In this document: positions 1 to 12,605 of the stretch, piece after piece
Numbering within the stretch: the first letter of the stretch is position 1
Layout: each line of letters begins with the position of its first letter
From: Podarcis bocagei
Taxonomy: Eukaryota
Length of the DNA: 64,000 nucleotides
Strand: one strand, 5' to 3'
NCBI GenBank assembly: GCA_964188305.1
Contig: OZ076890.1
Notes under the pieces: model-generated
Told to the model about the DNA's origin: nothing
The model's database searches: none
The model's input: only the letters and a program-made list of their open reading frames with translations
Translations under genes and position numbers: made by a program

Positions 1-164
1 GTGAATGCACCCAAAGTTAAGGACAAATTTTATAGTTTAGCCCATAGTACAGGCAGCTATTATCCTTAACAGAACTTGGGCTTCATTTTTACACAGCCTT
101 GGTATTCATTGAATATTGTCTGTCAGAATTAGATGTGATGGCAATTTTTTTCCTGTGTTCACTA

Positions 165-592
165 CTGTATTTTTCGCCCTATAGGGTGCACTGGCCCATA
201 GGGCGCACCTAGTTTTCGGGGGGGGGGGAATCAAGGGAAAAAATATGACACCCCCCCCCCCCGCAGCTCTGGGAGCAGCGGACAGGCTGCACGCAACCTG
301 TGCGCTACTCCAAGACCTTCTCCCTGCTTTTGCGGGAGGTGGCGGAATTCCCCCACCTCCCGCAAAAGCCCACAGGAGCCGCACGCGACTGCTTTCCCCC
401 ACCGCCAGCCTCAAAGAGCAGACTCTCCTGGCTTCAGCGAAAGCAACGCGAAGCCTCTGGAGCGCAGGCTTCGGAGGCTTCGCGTTGCTATCGCTGAAGC
501 CAAGGAGCCTGCATTCACCCCATAGGATGCACACACATTTCCCCTTCATTTTTGGAGGGGGAAAAGTGTGTCCTATAGGGCGAAAAATACAG
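165..592. mobile_element. Tc1/mariner-superfamily (Tc2/pogo-like) MITE
   Basis: TIRs CTGTATTTTTCGCCCTATAGG ... CCTATAGGGCGAAAAATACAG, flanked by TA on both sides; GC/CpG-rich interior. Confidence 0.85.
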
Positions 593-611
593 TACCTAAT
601 TTGATACAGGT

Positions 612-787
612 TAGTGGCAAAGCTATTGCAGTTCATCCAGGAGGTTCCCAGGTTGAATTCCTGGCATCTCCAGTTAATAGGATCACATGACGTCTGCCCG
701 AGATCCTGGAGAGCTGCTGCCAGTCAGAGTAAGGAATGCTTGGCTCGATGAATATTTTGACTTGCTGTAAAGTAGCTCCCCGTATTC
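612..787 (+). mobile_element. Old tRNA-derived SINE (CCTGGAGAGCTGCTGCCAGTCAG family)
   Basis: Degenerate B box GGTTGAATTCC; body shared with copies at 12430-12605 (-) and 56528-56737 (+). Confidence 0.65.
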
Positions 788-1701
788 AAAGTGTGTGGGT
801 AAGGGAGAGAAATAACTGGCTTAAAGAAGTTGGAGTATAATTCTCACGATCCAGTTTGCATTATTGGGGGGGGGGGGAGAACTACCAGATTACATTTCCC
901 CCAAATGTTTTTCCTTGCTTGCTTTGAAATATTTTTACTTGCTTGCTTTGAATTGATATAGTGCTATCCCAAGTGCTGAAAGTATTTTGCACGTATTCTC
1001 TTCAATCCTGAAAATTAGTGATAGCGGTTTCTCTTATTCCACCCAGAGAGCTCATTGCTGGCTCAGATCTCACTTCAGCCACTTTCTGGCTCTCGACTCA
1101 TTCTCTTTACCACTATGCTACTCTGGGGTCTCATGTAATTTCATGCATCATTATTTTAAAGTACATGCAATTTTGTATGCTATTTGATCAGAAAGTACTG
1201 ATCCGTATAGCAATAGAAAAATCAGGGAATGAGTAAGGTAGTGAACGAAAATCAACACGCTGTCTAAAGATTAAAATCAAACTGTTTTACGTGCAAAAAT
1301 TCACATACAGAGGAACAAAAACGAAATGATTTCTGCAGGCAGTGGTTAAAAAACACAATTATTTACTGTTTTGTAATGTTAAAATATTTCACCCAAAAAG
1401 TTTCAGTCAAGAAATAATGTCAGTTATTGAAAACGTCAATACACAAAGATGCATTTATACAGGTGGAAGTCTTAAGTGTCTTACAAAAAGTTATTTAAAT
1501 GAACAGGTAATACAGTAAGTGCACACTTTATATATGTTTAAAGAGACGGATCTTCATGTTAGTTGTGTATGCTGTTGTTGGACCACATGCAAGGAATTCT
1601 CACAAAGTTCTAATTAAAATAGTCCCAAATCTTTCTTGCCAGGATGTAGAGTATAAGTTTGTACTGGTGGTAAGTAAGTAAGTCAACACAGTGAGGGAGG
1701 G

Positions 1702-4489
1702 TCAGTTATACACATTACTTACTGTAATTTGTGATTGCCGTGAGAGAGGAGTGGCTGTTGGTGTAATAGTGATGCTGCTGGTGATTTTGTTGATAGCTTT
1801 AGTTGGCGTTCCATTGGCTAACGCTGGACTTCTGCTATCCTGCGCTGTGGTGCAAGGGCTAATGTTTTTTGCTGAATTAGGAATAGCTTGAACATAAGGG
1901 CTTCCTAAGTGAATATGTATTTTATTATCTTCAGTAGTTATCACACTAGAACCAGAACTGTTAGATCTTTGAAACTGCCAGGATGACTGCCTTTCAGGAG
2001 ATACTCTAAAGATAGCATGCTTGTCACCAGTTTCCAGAGGCTCTGGTGAAAGTACCTGCTCCGGGGAACTTGAAGAACTTGTAAGAGCCAGAGGGGACAT
2101 TGTCCTGTCAGGAGTTACTGAGCCACATGATTCAGGTGTTTGAGATCTAGCAAAGGCAGACACAGTAAGTGGTGGCACGGCTTGCTCTGGACTTGTATAA
2201 CCATCAGCTACTTTAGATTTTATAGGCGTCAAAGACCCATTTTTAATTATGGTTATTCTTTGCTTTGGTGTGCCACAGTTGGGTATCACAGCTGTGCTTG
2301 TAAAAGAGTGGGAACTCTCTGTAGTAGGGCTTGTTATTTCAAGGGTAGCTGTGTTTTGTCCATGGTCAGGAGTAACTTTTATATGAAGAGGCTGGCCTGG
2401 TGTATGGCTTAGAACCAAATTTCCAGGCTGAATGCAGTTTCCATTCTGCTTGGTGAGAACTTTTCCATTTTGGATGTGGCTTTCTTTGGACTTCATCCAC
2501 GGTATCCAAAGTTTACTATTGTTTACTGCATTTGCAACAGCGGCATTGTACTTGAAGGATATTGTTTGCTCATCATCATTGTTGTCGTCGTCTTCTTCAT
2601 TGTCACTCTCTTCATATAAATGTCCATTTATGACAGCCCGTTCCAAAGGAACTAGACTCTTGTAATCAGGTGGTTCATTGTCTGCTGGTTCTGTTTGAAC
2701 TTCCTTAGAGAGAACTTGCAAGTCGGAAATTCTCCTTCCATTGAGACTTGGTCTGAGGCTCTTACTGAAACGCCGATACCTCTCTAGTTCTTTAGTAAGG
2801 ATTTCCATTTCTCTTCCCAATTCTTTGTTTTTGTTTTCCTGGTGAGTGAGTTTCTTCTGCAGGATTGTATGGTCTTCCCTTAGATGACATATTAAATCTT
2901 CTGTAGCCATGTACTCATGAATTTTCTCCTTCAGTGCATCTACTTCCCTTGAAAGGTGTCCTGATTTGGCTGCTTCTTCCTTGAGTTTCCTGAATAATCT
3001 CTGTTCGTGGTTGCATTCCGTCTTTTCTGCTAACTTATACCGAGCCAATTCTCTTTTCACAACATCAAGTTCCTCTGATAGGAATCTGGCTTTGTCTTGT
3101 TCATTGATATATCTACGTTCTAAAGATTCAAATTCATCCTCTGTTTTCATGAGATCATCTTCTATGGCTTTCATTTCTTTAAGTTTGTGCTTGAGCCTCT
3201 CAATTTCCTGGGCTAGTTCTTTAATCTTGTTGTTTTCTTGCTGCAAAGATGGGCTAGGCTTGGTAGTTTCCTTAAGTTTATTTTTAAGAAACTCCTTTTC
3301 AATGGCTTCTAAGGACTGAAGCTTTTTCCTTAGCAGGTTCATTTTGGAGGAGAGATCACTTCCTTTCTCTTCCTCTGCTTTTAGTTTGTTTTTCAACTCA
3401 TCCCTGTCTCTTGTGAGATGAGACATTTTTTCCTCTGCATCAGTTTTAGATTTTAATGCCTTCTTGCTTTCTTCAATCAGTTTTTCGGTGACTGACATAA
3501 CTTTTTTTTGTTCCAGCTGAAGTTGTGTATTTGCAGTTTGTAGTTTTTCTTCTGTTTGTTTTATTTTCTCATTCATTGTTTTCCTCTCGTCTACAAGCAT
3601 GACCGTTAATGATTTCAGTTTTGTCAAATCTTCCTTAAGTGTGAGCTCTGTTTTTTCCAATTTGCTTTCAATTATTTCAAGCTCTCCTATACGGGCTTTT
3701 AAGCCATCCAGTTCCTGTGACAGCTGCTTTGTTAACATTTTTTCTTTTTCAAGGTTGCATTTCAAAGAGTAACATTCCTGCTTGCTCTTGCTGAAAGCAT
3801 CCTCCAGTTTCTCAAGCTCCATTATTCTCTTGTTGAGTTTATCAACTTCTGCTTTGAAGTTCTTACTCTGGGATGCTTCTTTTTCTAGCTTCTTGTGAAG
3901 CTCCCTGCACTGTTCTTCCATTTTTATGAGTTCTTCGTCCTTCCCTTCCATCTCCAGTACTCTTTTCCTTAGTTCTTCCACTTCAGACATAAGGGTAGAA
4001 TTTCCACATTCCCCTCTGTTCATTTTCTCTCTCAGGTCCTGCAGTTCTTCTTCCGCCTTCCGCAATGACTTATTAGTCTCCTCAAGTTCATCAATTTGCC
4101 GACTGAGGGCTGTTAATTTTAAGCGAAGCTGGCGGTTCTGGCTCTCTTCATTGGTTAGTTTGGCCATGGCGACCTCCTGTTCTTGGCAGGCCTTACAGGA
4201 CTGCGCCTGAAGTTCTGCTTCCAGCCGGAGAGCTTTCTGTTCCTCTTCTTGAGCTTTTGTTTCTGCAGTGGAGAGTTTCTCATGAGCTTGTTCCGCAGTG
4301 ATGGTCAAGTCTTGGATCTTTTGGCTTTGCTGGCTTAGCTGTTCTGTGAGTCTTTGCTGTTCATCCACGACCATTAACGCAAATGTTTTGAGTTTTGTCA
4401 GTTCCTCCTTCAGTTTGTTTATTTTCTTGCTGTTTTCCTTTTCTTTTTTTGCCTGATAGGCTGCGTCTTGGTCAATAAGCTTTTTCAAT
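1702..4489 (-). CDS. FILIP1L: FILIP1L large terminal coding exon (2788 nt; long coiled coil plus Ser/Thr/Pro-rich C-terminus ending QITVSNVYN*)
   Basis: 936-aa ORF. Acceptor ttgcctttcAG|A TTG AAA completes the phase-2 Arg codon. FILIP1L motifs [49 protein letters not shown]. The spliced CDS is 3408 nt and in frame. Confidence 0.97.
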
Positions 4490-5418
4490 CTGAAAGGCAA
4501 AAAAATAATCAAAATTAATTTTGTGATAGTGTTTCCGATACGTACTTAAGAAATGAAGTGCTGTTTTAGAAAATATGAAATCCTTTCTTTTAGAAAACAT
4601 TTGAACAGATAAAATAATATTTCTTGAACAGATATTATACATTTCCCACAGTTGTAATTTTAACTTGTTCAAAGGTATCCACTTCCATACCTCCTTCTCC
4701 TCTTCCTTTGGTGTGGATGCTAATGTGGACTATATATTGCCCTAGGCTAGGAAGGAGGTAGAAGGTAGATTGCACCTTGTAATTTCATGTTATCTTCTGC
4801 CTTGTAATTAACATTTTATGGGCATATTTGTGGTTCTGGCACACTAGATCTAAAACTCACTGCCATGCATCTTTTCATGTTAGCAAAAGGCCAATATCTT
4901 GCCCTGTATATAGACATTTCATGACCCAATATACTTTTTAATAGCATGTTACCTGCCTGTGTCATATTTTAAAAGTCCTATTATGGCTATGCACAGCTAC
5001 ATTAAAAATACACAAATGTTAATTGTACGCAACTCTACTTTTTGGAGAGCTTTAGTATTTTCGTGTTGGAAGCTTTATCTTGATTTTCTTTTTTTCCGTA
5101 GCAGTAAATAAAAATTCGATCCCCCACTCCCATTAATTGCCTAAGGCAATATGTTCAGATACATAAAACACCCCTTAAGGTGGTAATAACTATAATTAGC
5201 TTAGTAATAGACAATTTTATGTGGGGTAGAACATTTTTCAGTGCTTTCTGGTTTTGCGGAGAATATTCCATTTCATAAGTTCATTAGTGAAAATGAATGG
5301 TTACCAATTAAAAATACATTATTAGGCAAGCTTGGCAGTTTCAAAGTTCTTAGCTCTGCTTACTAAACTCAAGTAAAGTAAACATTCTAAATTAGATACC
5401 CTTTAGAACATCGGAATA

Positions 5419-5508
5419 ATAGAATTGTAGCATTGGAAGGGACCACAAGGCTTATCTAGTCCAACTAGACCCACAACCCTGAGATTAAGAGTCTCATGTT
5501 CTACCAAT
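5419..5508 (-). mobile_element. Internally deleted tRNA-Lys-headed, CR1-tailed SINE
   Basis: Reverse complement of GGTAGAACATGAGACTCTTAATCTCAGGG joined to the CR1-like tail. Confidence 0.7.
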
Positions 5509-6107
5509 GGAGTCATTGGTTTTCCAATGCAATTCATCCTATTTGCATAGAAATTTTCCAATTGAAATTATGTCCAGCACTGCAAAATCCACTCACTCCT
5601 CTGTAACATGGGGGTCACTGTTGTCATGGCCTGGGGCTGGGTTTTTCATTAAACACAACTGTTGTAACCTACAATCTCTTCATGTAGAATTCAGTAAACA
5701 AAACAGCAGTGGCTGCAGTTAGAGACATTGTTTAGTTGAAGGCATAACCTTCAGTGCTTTTGTTTATTTTGCTGTGGACTCTTAGTTCTTATTTATTTGT
5801 TTTCATTGATGTTTTGTGTGCTGCCTTGCGGGTCTTCTGGAACTGAAAAGCTGAGTGTTTGTGTGCACATGTACATATATTTAAATATAAAACGTATTGA
5901 GGGACAAGCAGATGGCTTTGACAATATAAATAGTATTTATATTTATGGGGCACCATAAGTAGAATTCTTTATACTCCAGCTTTGTATACAACAGACAACA
6001 TGAAGATAATATAGTGAAATTGGCTTTCAATGAGCCTTTACTGTAAACAGTAAAGGGGGCCAAAAATGCACTGCAAAAAAGAGACTAAAGGGAGTGTTAC
6101 CTTAGAA

Positions 6108-6243
6108 CAGGCATAGGCAAACTCTCCCCTCCAGATGTTTTGGGACTACAACTCCCATCATCCCTGACCACTGGTCTTCTTAGCTAGGGATGATGGGACT
6201 TGTAGTCCCAAACCATCTGGAGGGGCGAATTTGCCTATGCCTG
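6108..6243. mobile_element. hAT-type fold-back MITE (136 bp)
   Basis: TIR CAGGCATAGGCAAA; almost fully palindromic; 8-bp TSD CCTTAGAA/CCTTAGAG. Confidence 0.88.
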
Positions 6244-6848
6244 CCTTAGAGAGAGAGGAATTTGAATCTAATGCAAGAACTGGAGAGGATATGTATGTCT
6301 TACTAAGAAGCATCACTTTTTATTTTCCTTAATGAAACACCATTGCCTCTCTAGTTCCTGCCTCTGAATGTTTGTCATGAAGCTGATGAAAGCTATTGCC
6401 ATAGATACCAAATCATAACAGAAGAGTAACCATCATTTTCATTCTGTTTTTGGGAATCCATGTGGTTAGGCTTACGATAATACTCAGATTTAGTCACTGG
6501 ACTGAATTTTCATCTTATGAAATACTACTTTGTCGTGGAAGTTTTCTTTTTAAATGAACATTGGCTTGACAAAACCCCAAAGACATAACAGTATTCAGTC
6601 ATAGGTCTGGCATGTGACAATTACTCACTAGCTTAATAAGCTAAAGTATTTAACTACTAATCTTCCTTTACATCTCTGCAATTGACTGCAGAATCGTAGT
6701 TTTTTCGAGAGTGGGATTTGAACAGTTCTAGCATTGATTAGGCAATACGGTTCATTTTGCATAGATGATGTATGACTGCTCTTGCACTGAAGTTATGCGT
6801 ACTTAATTGTGCCCATCTTGTATATTTATGCTCTTTTTGAAGTATTAC

Positions 6849-7036
6849 CTTTCAAAGCTGTTGAGAGAGTGCCAGGAAGTAAATGCTCTGATCCAAGTGC
6901 TTATGCCGCATTGAAGTCTATTCCCCTGACTTTGCAGGGAAGTTATGTGATCCAATAAGGTTTCCACAAATAGACTGCCCTTCTGCATCTTCCCAATTGC
7001 ATGCATGAGGTGCTGCAGAGAATGAGTGGTATACAT
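6849..7036 (-). CDS. Candidate alternative first coding exon of FILIP1L (62 aa + phase-2 Arg)
   Basis: ATG-initiated ORF runs into the donor GAAAG|gtaata in phase 2, which is compatible with the 4489 acceptor. No repeat similarity recognised. Confidence 0.4.
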
Positions 7037-7290
7037 ACCCCAGACATGACCAGCATGTTGGAGCTGACAATACTGATTATCATTGCAGCGGGAGGGGTGG
7101 GTTGAATTTTAAAAGAAATTGTTATAGCTTTGATTTCCACTTCCAGTTTTCTCTCCAGTGCATGCACAACAAGTTTCCCCGCTCTTTTGATGAAAAGGAA
7201 AATGCTGAGTTATATATGCTCAAAGTATTTGCCTTTGTACAAAGTAGCTGAGAGCTGCTGCGTTTAAGTCCCTTGAATTTATCGTAGGTA

Positions 7291-7517
7291 CAGTGGTACC
7301 TCGGGTTACAGACGCTTCAGGTTACAGACTCCGCTAACCCAGAAATAGTACCTTGGGTTAAGAACTTTGCTTCAGGATGAGAACAGAAATCATTCTCTGG
7401 TGGCACGCCAGCAGCAGGAGGCCCCATTAGCTAAAGTGGTGCTTCAGGTTAAGAACAGTTTCAGGTTAAGAACGGACCTTCTGAACGAATTAAGTTCATA
7501 GCCCAGAGGTACCACTT
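7291..7517. mobile_element. Tigger/pogo-like MITE (CAGTGGTACCTC TIR family)
   Basis: TA-CAGTGGTACCTC...GAGGTACCACT(T)-TA; near-identical to four other copies in the window. Confidence 0.88.
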
Positions 7518-8069
7518 TACTCCTCCCGCCCCAGAGCATTGTATTATATGAGGCTCTCTCCTGCAGTCGGAAGTCATACTGCAACCCAAGCGTAGGTTTA
7601 CCACCATGAAGAGGACTAAGCATTGCTACTCATCGTGGAAATCTAGAAGGTTGCAAGAGAGCAGCTTTGCTTTGGGTAGTCACAGCAAATCCCTGCAGCT
7701 TTGGCAGTGCAGATGCTTCCCACATAGTTCCCTCGTGGCTAGTAAGGAAAGGATGGGTCCCTGCAGACGATGATGGACCACAACTCCACCATCCTGAATC
7801 ATTGGTCATGCTGGCTGGGCCTCATGGGATTTGAAGCCCAACAAAATCTTGCAACAAAATCACAATGAGAGGAGTGGCCACCTGTAGTAGTTTGCTGTGT
7901 TTCCCAGTGAAAGTGTCTCCTCCAGTGAAAGACGGAGAAGGATCTGAAGCCTGAGATAATTTGAGAAAGGCCTGGGTGTATTATGTTTGTTTCCTTACCA
8001 TACTCTCTTGTTGCTCTGTATACTGAATGGAGTACTATGTGCAGAATGCTGTAAGAGCTATTGTGTCTC

Positions 8070-8465
8070 ACGTTAGTGTTTAAAGTCCTAAATGACCCAG
8101 GTCTCAAATACCTGAAAGATTGTCTCCTTCCCTACCGACACTCTAGGGTGCTAAGATTGGCAGAGGGTGCACTCCTGGTTGCTCCATTGTGCTTCCCACA
8201 GAGGTGTGTCTGGCACCTTCATTCTACAGCTTTTGGTGAATGCTGAAGATGCACCTGTTCACCCTGGCTTTTGATACCTGAGAAGTATATTCTTAGGACC
8301 CACCTTATTCCTGCAATTTGTTTTAAACTGCTTTTAATAGTGTGATAATATTGTGCTTTAATGTTAATGTTGCATTTTAATTAATCTGTCCTGGCACCTT
8401 AGGGTAAAGGACGGGTAACACATTGTAGTGGTAATAGTAGTAGTAGTAGCAATTATAATAATAGT
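8070..8465 (+). mobile_element. Decayed L2 LINE 3' end
   Basis: FKVLNDPGLKYLKDCLLPY resembles the L2 ORF2 C-terminus; followed by a T-rich UTR and (TAG/TAA)n tail. Confidence 0.65.
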
Positions 8466-11038
8466 ATTCAGTTGCTTTATGAAGCATACTCTACATAGCT
8501 GACACTACGGCAAGACGCTCTTATTGCAAACAGATATGCTTGCTCATATTGCTGGTGCAAATACTTAGCATCCGGGTCTAAAATAAATTCCATATATGTT
8601 ACATGGAAGCAACCGACACGGACAAGCAAATTTACTCTAGGACTGAGGTGGAAATCTCAGCACATCCTGCTTGTGTTGAAAAAACAGCTTGACACAGCTG
8701 TGGTTTTAATTTGGTATAAAACCGGGAGTATTCCTGGAAGGCTTTTGTCGTCTTTCTTTTTCCAGAAAAATCCATTCGGGAACAAGAGGGGATATCCTCA
8801 GCATGTTGGAAACATTTTCCTATTTAGTTAAGAAAAAGAGTATGATGGAATTAAAAAGATCTAGTGGGAATAAAAAGTAGCTCCTTTTGTGTCTTAAAAT
8901 ACATCTGTTTTTGAAAAGGGGGGAAGAGCTTATGTAAAATCAATTTATAGTGGAAGCATAGGTGATGCAGTATTATTCAGGAGCCAGCATTAAAAAAAGG
9001 AGGGGGGATGTATTTCCCTTCCAAAATATAATACTTAAACATAACCAAATAATATAAAATCTCTCCATCATAAAAGACTTATCCGGTCATAATTGAGTTA
9101 TCCTTTTAACTTGCATATATATCTATGATATCCCAAATTTAACAAGGAATAATATAAAAAGGTGAGAGGGCCCAAGCAGCTTGAAAACAACTATGTTTGC
9201 AGAACTTCAAAATGTCAGAATTATCCTTGTCCCTGAAGACTTGTACTTTGTTTCCCTATGAGCTCCCCTGTTTCAAGATTACTTGTGGGGATCCTACTGA
9301 AATTTCCATTAAATCAGGGGTAGGCAACCTGTGTCCCTCCAGATGTTGTTGTAATTCAGCTTCCCCCATCCCTAACCATTGTCCATGCTTACTTGGGTTG
9401 AGTCTAACAACTTCTGGAATGGGCCCTTGCTTCAAGTTACAAAGCTGAGAATTGGCTGGTGTAGATGAAACAACAGGATTAGTTGTGGTACCCATCCTGC
9501 GAAGTTTATTGCCAAAGCATTTATTTAGACTTGCAAGGCCTTGAGAGTATTATTGCAATTTGGATAGCTTCTGGTTTTAACGCCTGTCTTATCAATGGCT
9601 CTTCAGATAGGCTTCCTGTTGGTAGACAAGGTAAAATGTGGCATGGCTGTGGATTGTGGACCAAATTGTCTCGAATGGATGCCGACAGGGAAGAAGTTCC
9701 CAAGGGCTGGATAGAGAGACTTGGAGGGACACATTTGGCCTCTGAGCCTGAAGTTCCTCCCCCCTGATTTAGACAGTTGTAGCCAAAGTTTGTCAAGTGC
9801 AGAAATAAAACGAAGAGACAGGCTAAGAGATTGTCACATGTATTCATGTTCCCATAGTTTGTGAATTTTCCAAAAAGCTCAAAAGGGAAGTTGACATGGG
9901 GAATTGACTTTTTAAAATAATCTAATCTGTCTGGAATTGCACACTTATTGAGTTCATTTTGAAATTGCAGCCATATCAAAATGAACCATTTCTTTATTTG
10001 GCCCCCCTTCTCCTCTGCTCCAGTGAAGAAGCTTAAGAGATGGAAAGGTTGACAAATGTAGTTCTCAATCTACAGAGAAATGAAAGGTTGTTATTTCTCT
10101 ACATGTTTCCTTTTATACTGTAGCTGGAAATGTATTTAAAGAAAGAAATTAATATTATGACATGATATAACTGTCATGTGAGAGTCTTAATTTCTTCATT
10201 TACATTCCAGCCGCCTTAGGAACAAAGGGAAGCTGTTCTAAAACTTTAAATGTTTGGGTGACTGGAATATGGAATTTTTCACAATAGTGCACATTCTTGA
10301 TATTTGATATAGGGTTATCATGTTGTTCTGTGTCCCAAGCTGTATTTATTTGTGCAAGCATGAAAAATGAATGTGATTTATTAATAAATAACCAACTTCT
10401 TAAATGGATGAAAGAACTTACTTTGACTTTCAGTTCTTTTTCATAAGAATGCAGCAACCATGAAAGGAAAGTTAGATGTCTCATGTAGCCAAGCATTTGG
10501 ATTTCTTTCTTTTTTAAACTCAAAAATTGAATAAATTCCAGCAAAAGCAGTTATTTGAATTAAGTTTTATAGACATGAATATGAGCTAGACTGATTCAGA
10601 TAAGCATCTCTTTTACTGCTTGTCTTTTAGAGTCTCTTACAACTATGTAAGTTCCTATTCTTATTATGGTTTATTATTACACTTTTTATTTAGGTAAGGA
10701 GAACAGCTTGTAGCAACATCATATTTTATAATATAATGTATTGTTTTATTTTAGTCTTGAAAAATATGTTAGAGTTCATATATCTGAACTTCCCCTGCAG
10801 TTATTCTTTTCTAGGTTTTATGAGTATCTACAACAATTGCCTTAGGCTTAGGACCTTGTATCTTCTGCACCGTAAGTGGGCAACAAGTGGATTTTGAGGT
10901 TACAAGCACAACTACCTCTTCAATTGACACTGCAGTCTTTAAGATTTTGTTTGAAGTTTCAAAAGTCCACATGCACACTCTGGATGTAAATCTAAATTAG
11001 CCTATAAGAGGTTTTTAATTTCAAATCAACTCTTACAG

Positions 11039-11074
11039 TTTGTTTGTTTGTTTGTTTGTTTGTTTGTTTGTTTG
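11039..11074. repeat. (TTTG)n microsatellite
   Basis: Direct reading. Confidence 0.95.
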
Positions 11075-11340
11075 ACCACCTGCTTTGGTGCACAAATAAC
11101 TCAACAGTTCATCCCTGTGCATAATGACTTTGAAGGAAACTCCACTGAGTTCAGTGGTGTTTGGATAGCAGCCTAATATTATAATCCTGCCATCCACTTA
11201 CCTGGGCAGAAGCCGCCTTGAACTCAGTGGAACTTCTGAATCAATATGTAAAGTTTGACTTGCAACTGAATGGTAATGTTAACATATGCTGAACCTGGAA
11301 CTTATGGGCTGTCCCACCATTCATCATTTTAAGTGTTTGC

Positions 11341-11376
<36 letters not shown>

Positions 11377-12429
11377 AAGAGAGAGCAGCAATTGAGAGCC
11401 TCTCTGTAAACTCCAGTAGTCCTGACTTAGTCCACAAAGATCCTTCAGTGAACAGATATAAATTTGCCTTACATGTAAATTTCCAACCTGAATTTGAGGC
11501 TCACTACTGCTTCCAATAACTAGAAAAGCCAATGTGTGGAAGATAATTGGAGGTCTTGAAATTTTTGTGCACATTTCAGTACATCTTAACTCTATAAGAT
11601 TTGCATCTGAGTAAGCCTGTATAGGATTGCTCTACATGTTGCCAACCAGCCTTTGTTGCATCAATCATAGAGGTTTCTGCTTTCATTCCTTAGCCTTAAG
11701 CCTCATTCAGTACATACCTAGGCTGAATTCCGAGGCTAGATTTGTCTGCCTTCTGACCGCTTACCCTCCAGCCTAATGAAATGGCCTTGATCTGGTTTAC
11801 CCTTGCTTGCAGTGAGCATTTATAAGGAGACTGTTTATTTTTAATGATGGAGCTTCAATTATTGAGCAGAAATGCCATCTTATTTGTTCTTCCATTTGTG
11901 GTGCGACAGAGAGAGAGAGAGAGTTAAGCGCCTTCCTTTTCTATCTCATGACTAGATTGATTCTAGGCCAGAAAAGGAGCAAGTGATTTCATTTGTAGCA
12001 GCAGAAACTGGAACTCATTGAGTTTTACATCAGCCAGGAAATTACTGTTGTGCAGATGCAAGGCTAACAGGAGGAAATGGAAAGATTAGACACTAGAGAT
12101 GTGGGATGGTGGTCAGAGCACAGGGCTATGAGGAAAGAACTCCCTGAATTTTAATTTATCTTCTGAATTTGCTTTCCTCTCTTGTTCCTAGATTAAACTT
12201 GCCAGTTTAGCTTTTTAATGTAATCATATAATGAATGGAATGACTGTATTGGGTCCCCCCCCCATGTTTGTTCTTGACCCAAAGTACCAAACATTTCTTT
12301 ATTTTTATGTAGTTTGGTGGGCTGGTCTTAGGTGCCCAAAGCCCCTGGGTCTCTTAGTGAAGAACAAAAGCCTGCTCACCCCCAATGCTGAGTTCCTGCC
12401 AGAAACAAAAGTTGTAGTTTTGGCAGTAA

Positions 12430-12605
12430 GAATAGCTGCCTTATTCTGAGTGAGACCTAGCTGAGTCTTGCCTGCACGTGACTACCAGTGGCTCTCCAGG
12501 GTTTCAGACAGGAGGCATTCCCAACCCAACCTGGAGACATCGGGGATTGAACCTGGGAGTTTCTGCATACAAGGCAGATGCTGTACCACTGAATTATGTC
12601 TCCCC
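12430..12605 (-). mobile_element. Old tRNA-derived SINE, same family
   Basis: Minus strand has A box CAGTGGTACAGC and B box GGTTCAATCCC, followed by the shared body. Confidence 0.7.

Noticed and set aside
106-636. 176-aa and 119-aa GC-rich ORFs
   Set aside because: They lie within a MITE; low-complexity products from a stop-poor GC-rich sequence.
1691-4210. Plus-strand ORFs overlapping the large exon
   Set aside because: Antisense shadows of the Lys/Glu-rich FILIP1L codons (Ser/Leu/Phe-rich), with no homology evident.
4490-4512. ORF-track start MIIFLPF for the 936-aa ORF; likewise the starts at 57386, 55108 and 49349
   Set aside because: These are intronic polypyrimidine/acceptor sequence or non-ATG starts; the real exon boundaries are at the AG acceptors.
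9521-9979. 152-aa minus-strand ORF
   Set aside because: Non-ATG start, overlaps decayed repeat fragments, no recognisable domain or convincing splice sites.
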